From assembly GCA_023397215.1 (NCBI GenBank), contig JAEWUG010000010.1, forward strand, positions 1-48,652: DNA of 48,652 bases. The letters run 5' to 3'. Each line of letters opens with the position of its first letter. The stretch's first letter is position 1. The notes beneath the pieces were generated by a model. It did not search any database. It was not told the origin of the DNA and worked only from the letters and a program-made list of their open reading frames with translations. Positions 42,613-48,652 of the stretch are shown here, one piece after another. This stretch comes from Nanobdellota archaeon (lineage in GTDB: Archaea > Nanobdellota > Nanobdellia > Pacearchaeales > GW2011-AR1). The position numbers and the translations under genes are program-made.

Positions 42613-45600
42613 ATGAAAAAAGAGATGAAAAAATTCTTTATAATATTGATTTTTTTAGCAATTTTAACATTTACAATTTCTTATAATTTAGAAAATAAAT
42701 ATAACATAACTGGACAAGTATTTAGAACATTAGATTTAGAACAACCAACAATTGATAGTTGTGCATCACAAAATCAAGGACTAGAAAATAATAAAATATA
42801 TGATTTAACATTAAATGTAAATGCAGAAAATATTTGTATAAATTTAACAAATAAGAATAATATAACAATTGACTTAAAATCACATACAATAATAGGAAAA
42901 CAAAATTACCCAACAATATACTTAGATAATTGTCAGAATATAACTTTTTTAGGAGGAAAAATAACAAATTCATCAAATGCTATTCACATAAAAAATTCAG
43001 AAGAAATTAATTTTATGAATACAATAATAGAAAACACATCTATTGAAGGTATAAAATTAGAAAATAGTGAAGAAATTAATTTAACAAATATTATTTATGA
43101 TAATAAAAATTTGGGTGATCTAACTAAATTAAATAATTGGGATGAAATTTCTCCTATTGATGTTGGAACACTCTCTTCTATTTCAATTTCAAGTGATGGA
43201 CAAAAAATATTAATTAGTAGTAAAAATGGTAAAGTTTATCTATCTGAAAATTTTGGTCAAACTTGGAATGAAAAACAGACTATAGGAGATTGGGTTGCAA
43301 CAGCAATGAATAGTAATGGTTCAACTATGTTATTGGCTAAAAATGGTTCATCCATTTATTTATCAACAGATTCTGGTTCTACATGGTCAACACCAAGTAT
43401 AACAAATACTATTAACTCAAATTGGGCAGCAATTGGAGTAGCAAAACAAGTTAATACAATAATAGCATTAGAAAAAAGTGGACAAGTTTACAAATACAAC
43501 GGAACTCATTTTAATAATGTAACAAATGAAACAAAAGATTGGAGAGATTTAACAATAACAGGATTACATAATTTGATTTTTGCAGTAGCATATAATGATA
43601 AAATTTACAAATCTACAAATAGTGGAGATACTTTTGAAAATATAACTAATGAATCAAAGAATTGGTATACAATATCTATGTCATTTGATGGATCAAAAAT
43701 AATTGCTGGAGAAAATCCTGGAAGACTTTGGTATTCAAATAATACAGGAATAAATTGGTATGAATTAAAACCTGCAGGAGATGTAAATATGAATTGGGAA
43801 ACAACATCTATTTCTGAAGACGGAAATAAAATTCTTGCAGGTTCTGGAACAAATAATGCAAGAATTTATTTATCTGAAGATTCAGGAAAAACATGGACAG
43901 AGATGCAACCATTAGGGGATACTGACCAAAACTGGAAAGCATCAGCAGTCTCAAATAAAAGTAATATTTATCTAGGAATTCAAGACGGGTCAATATATCA
44001 ATATTCAAAAAAAGGAATTATAATAGAAAACACGAATTCATCTTTAATCAAAGATAATACTATTTCAAATATTGACCAAGCAATAAAATTAACAGGTTCA
44101 TCAAATCAGAATATAATTGAAAATTTAAAAACACAAAATACTATTTATTCTATAAAAGATTTAACAACATTATCATATCAAAATTATTTAAAATTTTCAA
44201 ATGAATATGGTAATTTTATTTGGGCAAATGATTCTATAAACCAAGATTTAACAACAACAAAACAATTTAATATTTTAAATCCTCAACAAATGAAAATATC
44301 CCAAAATAATATTTATGTTAATGATACATACTATAATTTATTAAATGAATCAATAAATATTACTTTTTATAGAACCGATGATTGGCAAGATTATATTTTT
44401 ATTTTAAAAAGCAGTGAAACTTGTATGCCTGATTGTATTGAAAGATTTAGAAATGTAGAGAATATATCTTTTAAAACAACATCACTAGGGAATTATTCTA
44501 TTAATGGACCTATAGAAATTAATAGTTGTCAAAGTCAATACTTCTTCAAAGATTATAGAGTTTATACATTAAGTCAAAATATTGATAACTTTAATAGTGC
44601 TCAAAATTGTTTTATGATTGAAGATAATAATAATATAACTTTAGATTTAAAAGGACATTTTGTGAGATCAACACATTTATCTGCAGGAAGTGGAATATTA
44701 ATATTAAGATCAGAAGGAATAAATATTAAAAATGGTGAATTAATTAATTTTACACAAGGAATTAAAATAGAAAATTCAAAAGATAGTTTAATAGAAAATG
44801 TAACTCTTAAACAAGGAAGAAAATATGGAATTAATTTATTTGACACAAACTCAAATACTGAGAACAATATCTTATCTAATTTAAATTTTGAGGATAATAA
44901 GGAATTTTCTATATTTGACGAGACACAAATAACCGACTTAAATTATTTAATATACAATAACTCTTATGGTACTGTCGAATGGGCAAATAATAATCTTTAC
45001 CAGAATTTAAGTTTTGAGAATAATTTAACAAAGGAAAAAAATATATTAATTAAACCATCAAACATTTTTTTAAATTTTACAAATGTAGATGAAAAAATAA
45101 ATTCAACAATAAATTTAACATTTTATAATGTAGGAACAGATAATTATAAAAGAAATAATGAAACTTGTTTAATATGTAATGATATTGCAGTTGGATTAGA
45201 AATTGCAACAATAAAGTTCAATACAACTAATGATGGAAATTACACAGTTGAAGAAATTGGTTATATTAATCAATGTGGTTATTCTAATTGGTTTAATGGC
45301 GGGAAATATATCATTAATCAAAGTATAGAGTCAGAAGGAGATTTATGTTTTAATATAACAAATAATAATGTTTTATTAGATTTAAATAATACAATAATAA
45401 ATTCAACTATTCCACAAACAAATAATGGGATTAGAACAAATAAAACAAATATAACTATTAAAAATGGAATATTAAAAAACTTCAATGAATCAATAAAGAT
45501 AGAGAATGCTACAAACATTTATTTACAGAATATAACTTTTAACAATAATTCAAATGATTTAATAATAAACAATTCAACAAATATAACTTTGAAAGATTCG

Positions 45601-48150
45601 CATTTTCAAAACACCTTCAATAAAATAATTTATTCTACTAAATCTGTTTTATTAGATATCACAAAAATAAAAATAGATAGTTTTTTAGGTGATTCAAAAA
45701 ATATAATTGACTTAAATCAAGTAATAAACTCAAGCATATCTCAAATTAATTTTACAGACAATAGAACAGGAAATACTTTTTTATATTTAGAACAAGTAAA
45801 TAATACTATAATAGAAAAAATAAATTTAGAAAACATAAGCCTAATAGGAATCAATATAAAAGAATCAAATGAGAATCACATAAAAGAAATTAATATTACT
45901 GAAAAAGAATTTGATCAAACAACAGCAATAAAACTTAATCAATCTAATGAAAATTTAATTGAATCAATAAAAATAGAAAATGTTGAATATAATTTTAATA
46001 TTTCAAATTCAGAAAAGAATTTGTTTAAAGATATAAATTTAATAAATCCAAAAAGAATTGGAATTTTCTTATTAAACTCAATTAATAACACTTTAAATAA
46101 TACTATTATAACTAATAATTTAGAAAATGAAAATACAGGAATTGTTTTATATAATTCATCTTACAATAATTTAAATTCAACAAATATAAATAATTTATCA
46201 GTAAGTATTAAATTAGAAACAAATAGCCAAAATAACCAAATTAAGAACTTAAACTCAATTTCTAAAGAAAATTCAATAATAGATAATTCTGGATTAGATA
46301 AACAAAATTATTTTTATTATGAAAATATTTATGGAAAAATAAACTGGATAAATGAAACTTTCTTAAAAGATTTATCTTTAGAAGAGGATATTACTTTTCC
46401 AGGAATAATCTCTCTTGGAGAATTACAAGCCAATATTTCATCAAGTATTTTAAAATTAAATACTACAATGGAAATTTTATTGAAGAATACTAAAGGTTAT
46501 ACAGAATTATTTCATTTTAATTTAACCCGAAATAATATAGAAGATACTGAATCTGAAATAAAATCTCTTGATACAAATGAAATAATATTTAATACAACAA
46601 CAAGTGGAAATTATTTAATTAAAGATACAATAGTAGATACATCAATAGAATCTTGTCAAGAAATAATCCACCCAAATAAAATTTATCAAATAATGAATAA
46701 TATTAATAGTGAAGAAGAAAAATGTTTAATATTAAATGCAAATAATATAACAATTTTAGGAAATAATAAAAGAATTAATGGAACTAATGGTATTGCAATT
46801 TATGTTAATGCATCTAATATCACAATTCAAGATTTTTATTTAATAGAAAATTTTGAAACAGCGATTTATATTTCTCCAAATGTTAAAAATACTTTAATTA
46901 AAAATTTATACACAAATAATGTCTCTTACTCAATCTTAGATGAAAGTTTAGATGAAAATAAAAATAATATTACTTATGAATCATCATACTCTAAAATTAA
47001 GTGGTTAGATGAAGATTTATCTCAAGATTTAACAATCACAAACGAAATTCAAAGAGGAAATGATATTTCTTTAAATGAAAATTATATCTTTCTAAATAAT
47101 ACTAAATTATCTAAATTAAACAGACAATCTAAAATTATTTTTAGTTTATGGAATAATGAAGTTCTTAATTTAAATATTTTAAAAAATGGTTCTACTTGTA
47201 GTAGCAGTATATGTTTAGGAGTCGAAAATGATAATAATAATTTAATTTTAGATGTTAATGAATGGGGAAATATTTCATTTAGTGGTTGTGGTGATAGAAT
47301 AATTAATGGAGATGAAGAAGAATGTGAAGCATCAGACTTTATTGATGATAAAACATGTTATGATTATGGTTTTAATTCAGGTAGTTTATCTTGCTTTGAT
47401 AATTGTACTATTGATATTTCAGATTGTGAATTAGTAGAAACTATTACTCCACCAAGTTCAGGTGGAAGTACTGGAACAACTACAAATACAACAACACCAA
47501 CTACAGGAACAAATACAACAACACCAACTACAGGAACAAATAATCAACCTTCATCAGGAGAAAACTTAGAAAATCCTAATTCATTAAATTTATCTCTAAT
47601 AATTGGTATTTCTATCGGAATTTTAATATTAATAACATTATCATTAGTGATTATTTATACAAAAAAGAAATCTAAAAATAAAAACAATACACAAAAAAAT
47701 AATACACAAAATATTCAAAGAAAACCAATTGTATTATCTCCTCCAAAAGCCCCACAAATTATGAAAACAGTAAACCAAAAAAATATGACAAATAATCAAC
47801 TACCAAGAAATAATATTCCAAGGAATAGAATACCACCAAGAAATCCCTTACCACCGCAAATTCAAAATAAAATAAATGAAATGCCAAAACCTAAGCCAAT
47901 AATAGAAGAAAAAAAAGAACTCACAAATGAAGAATTTAAGAAAAATAAAGAAAATGATATTAAAGTAAAACAAAAAATCAAAGAATTATTATTAAATGGA
48001 CTAAATCAAATAAAATCAAGAGATATAAACCAAGCAATAGAAACTTATAAAAAAATAAATATTGAATATCAGAATATGTCTGAACATAATGATGCAGTTT
48101 ATGATACAGTAGTAGAGTTTTACAAAAGAATAAGAGATTTAAAAGAATAA
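42613..48150 (+). CDS. giant (1845 aa) modular surface protein: signal/anchor, four beta-helix modules, Asp-box beta-propeller, Cys-rich domain, Thr-rich stalk, TM helix, cytoplasmic tail
   Basis: A single uninterrupted ORF with a TATA box 22 nt upstream. N-terminal 'FFIILIFLAILTFTI'. Repeats of 'NIT(I/L)DLK.H' plus 'I.I.NS..I' beta-helix rungs. Five 'S.(D/N).G.(T/N)(W/F)' motifs. 'CGDRIINGDEEEC'. 'TTPTTGTN' x2. TM 'LSLIIGISIGILILITLSLVIIY'. Confidence 0.9.
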   Translation: MKKEMKKFFIILIFLAILTFTISYNLENKYNITGQVFRTLDLEQPTIDSCASQNQGLENNKIYDLTLNVNAENICINLTNKNNITIDLKSHTIIGKQNYPTIYLDNCQNITFLGGKITNSSNAIHIKNSEEINFMNTIIENTSIEGIKLENSEEINLTNIIYDNKNLGDLTKLNNWDEISPIDVGTLSSISISSDGQKILISSKNGKVYLSENFGQTWNEKQTIGDWVATAMNSNGSTMLLAKNGSSIYLSTDSGSTWSTPSITNTINSNWAAIGVAKQVNTIIALEKSGQVYKYNGTHFNNVTNETKDWRDLTITGLHNLIFAVAYNDKIYKSTNSGDTFENITNESKNWYTISMSFDGSKIIAGENPGRLWYSNNTGINWYELKPAGDVNMNWETTSISEDGNKILAGSGTNNARIYLSEDSGKTWTEMQPLGDTDQNWKASAVSNKSNIYLGIQDGSIYQYSKKGIIIENTNSSLIKDNTISNIDQAIKLTGSSNQNIIENLKTQNTIYSIKDLTTLSYQNYLKFSNEYGNFIWANDSINQDLTTTKQFNILNPQQMKISQNNIYVNDTYYNLLNESINITFYRTDDWQDYIFILKSSETCMPDCIERFRNVENISFKTTSLGNYSINGPIEINSCQSQYFFKDYRVYTLSQNIDNFNSAQNCFMIEDNNNITLDLKGHFVRSTHLSAGSGILILRSEGINIKNGELINFTQGIKIENSKDSLIENVTLKQGRKYGINLFDTNSNTENNILSNLNFEDNKEFSIFDETQITDLNYLIYNNSYGTVEWANNNLYQNLSFENNLTKEKNILIKPSNIFLNFTNVDEKINSTINLTFYNVGTDNYKRNNETCLICNDIAVGLEIATIKFNTTNDGNYTVEEIGYINQCGYSNWFNGGKYIINQSIESEGDLCFNITNNNVLLDLNNTIINSTIPQTNNGIRTNKTNITIKNGILKNFNESIKIENATNIYLQNITFNNNSNDLIINNSTNITLKDSHFQNTFNKIIYSTKSVLLDITKIKIDSFLGDSKNIIDLNQVINSSISQINFTDNRTGNTFLYLEQVNNTIIEKINLENISLIGINIKESNENHIKEINITEKEFDQTTAIKLNQSNENLIESIKIENVEYNFNISNSEKNLFKDINLINPKRIGIFLLNSINNTLNNTIITNNLENENTGIVLYNSSYNNLNSTNINNLSVSIKLETNSQNNQIKNLNSISKENSIIDNSGLDKQNYFYYENIYGKINWINETFLKDLSLEEDITFPGIISLGELQANISSSILKLNTTMEILLKNTKGYTELFHFNLTRNNIEDTESEIKSLDTNEIIFNTTTSGNYLIKDTIVDTSIESCQEIIHPNKIYQIMNNINSEEEKCLILNANNITILGNNKRINGTNGIAIYVNASNITIQDFYLIENFETAIYISPNVKNTLIKNLYTNNVSYSILDESLDENKNNITYESSYSKIKWLDEDLSQDLTITNEIQRGNDISLNENYIFLNNTKLSKLNRQSKIIFSLWNNEVLNLNILKNGSTCSSSICLGVENDNNNLILDVNEWGNISFSGCGDRIINGDEEECEASDFIDDKTCYDYGFNSGSLSCFDNCTIDISDCELVETITPPSSGGSTGTTTNTTTPTTGTNTTTPTTGTNNQPSSGENLENPNSLNLSLIIGISIGILILITLSLVIIYTKKKSKNKNNTQKNNTQNIQRKPIVLSPPKAPQIMKTVNQKNMTNNQLPRNNIPRNRIPPRNPLPPQIQNKINEMPKPKPIIEEKKELTNEEFKKNKENDIKVKQKIKELLLNGLNQIKSRDINQAIETYKKINIEYQNMSEHNDAVYDTVVEFYKRIRDLKE
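47482..47542 (+). repeat. perfect tandem repeat, 27 bp x about 2.2 (ACAAATACAACAACACCAACTACAGGA), in-frame within the giant gene
   Basis: Copies at 47482-47508 and 47509-47535 are identical, followed by a partial third copy. They encode TNTTTPTTG twice (Thr-rich stalk). Confidence 0.9.
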
Positions 48151-48652
48151 TTAACTCTTTTCTAAGATAAATTTTAAATCATCCCAATTTGAGATTAAAT
48201 AATCAGGCTTTTCTTTAAGTAAGATTTTTTTACTAGACCAAGAACATTTATTATAAATTGCTATAGAATTCATTTTGACAAAATGAGCATAATTAATATC
48301 ACTAAATCTATCCCCAATATAGAAAGTTTCTTTTCCTTTAATATTATACTTTTTTAAGAGTTTCTTTAACATTTCATCCTTAGTCTTAAAAGACTCAGAT
48401 CCAAAGATATCATAAAATAAACCTTCTAATTTTAATTGTTTAATTGATGCTTTCAAAAAAGAAGATTCTGAATTACTTACAATAATCAACTGATAACCCT
48501 TCTTTTTTAAATCCCACAATGGTTTTACATCACAACACAATTTTAATTTTGATAATTTCTTTTTATTAATAATAGCAGAATAAAATTTTCTTCTAATTTT
48601 ACTTGCAGAGACCCTTTTAATTCCTAATCTCATTAAAATCTCTTGAATTTTA
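48151..48652 (-). CDS. HAD-superfamily hydrolase (phosphatase-like), N-terminus off the right edge
   Basis: 'LIIVSNS' (motif II) and 'K...GDRFSDI' (motifs III/IV). The frame is open upstream of the listed Met to the window end, and the DxD motif I is not yet seen. Confidence 0.8.
   Translation of the reverse strand, partial: KIQEILMRLGIKRVSASKIRRKFYSAIINKKKLSKLKLCCDVKPLWDLKKKGYQLIIVSNSESSFLKASIKQLKLEGLFYDIFGSESFKTKDEMLKKLLKKYNIKGKETFYIGDRFSDINYAHFVKMNSIAIYNKCSWSSKKILLKEKPDYLISNWDDLKFILEKS

Noticed and set aside
1-48652. CRISPR arrays, rRNA or other structured RNAs, transposases or integrases, inteins, and an alternative genetic code.
   Set aside because: There are no regularly spaced direct repeats. 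The only GC-rich non-coding island is the tRNA-Lys. No recombinase or transposase motifs appear in any ORF. RpoA, RpoB and EF-2 are at or below normal length, so there are no intein inserts. All long conserved genes read through cleanly with the standard code and end mostly in TAA.

Overview
The window is AT-rich (roughly 70% A+T by eye) and extremely gene-dense. I call about 58 protein genes and one tRNA, with no rRNA, CRISPR array, transposase or integrase. The gene content is clearly archaeal, and the small proteins, fermentative metabolism and huge surface proteins fit a reduced DPANN-type episymbiont (inference).

Layout:
- 1-13.3 kb: a minus-strand information-processing block. It holds SBDS, proteasome alpha, Alba, S17e, an unknown winged-helix protein, S7, S12, NusA, L30e, RpoA as ONE fused ORF, RpoB, RpoH, tRNA-Lys(UUU), a kinase-dCMP deaminase fusion and dUTPase.
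- 13.4-18 kb: a PC4-like protein plus a complete pyruvate -> acetyl-CoA -> acetate + ATP module (two-subunit 2-oxoacid:ferredoxin oxidoreductase and ADP-forming acetyl-CoA synthetase alpha/beta).
- 18-22.2 kb: an islet of small membrane proteins and HTH regulators.
- 22.2-25.1 kb: FKBP, DUF134/DUF5320, a bacterial-type MetK and an HTH-CBS regulator.
- 25.1-33.7 kb: accessory-looking genes. These are an HExxH mini-protein, an unknown, a pentapeptide-repeat protein, a DEAD-box helicase, a 699-aa secreted Cys-knot protein, a minimal [FeFe]-hydrogenase-like protein and TatD.
- 33.7-42.5 kb: an RRM protein, then a cluster joining EF-2 and EF-1alpha with the enzymes that modify translation factors (deoxyhypusine synthase, decarboxylase, agmatinase-like, diphthine synthase) and two unknown tightly coupled small ORFs.
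- 42.6-48.15 kb: one 1845-aa modular beta-helix/beta-propeller surface protein with a TM anchor and a cytoplasmic tail. This is the best candidate for something new.

Other notable points:
- The fused RpoA carries a G in place of the invariant N of NADFDGD.
- TATA boxes sit a fixed ~22 nt before the ATG, implying leaderless mRNAs.
- Convergent gene pairs repeatedly overlap at their 3' ends.

All family assignments come from motif recognition by eye. No searches were run.
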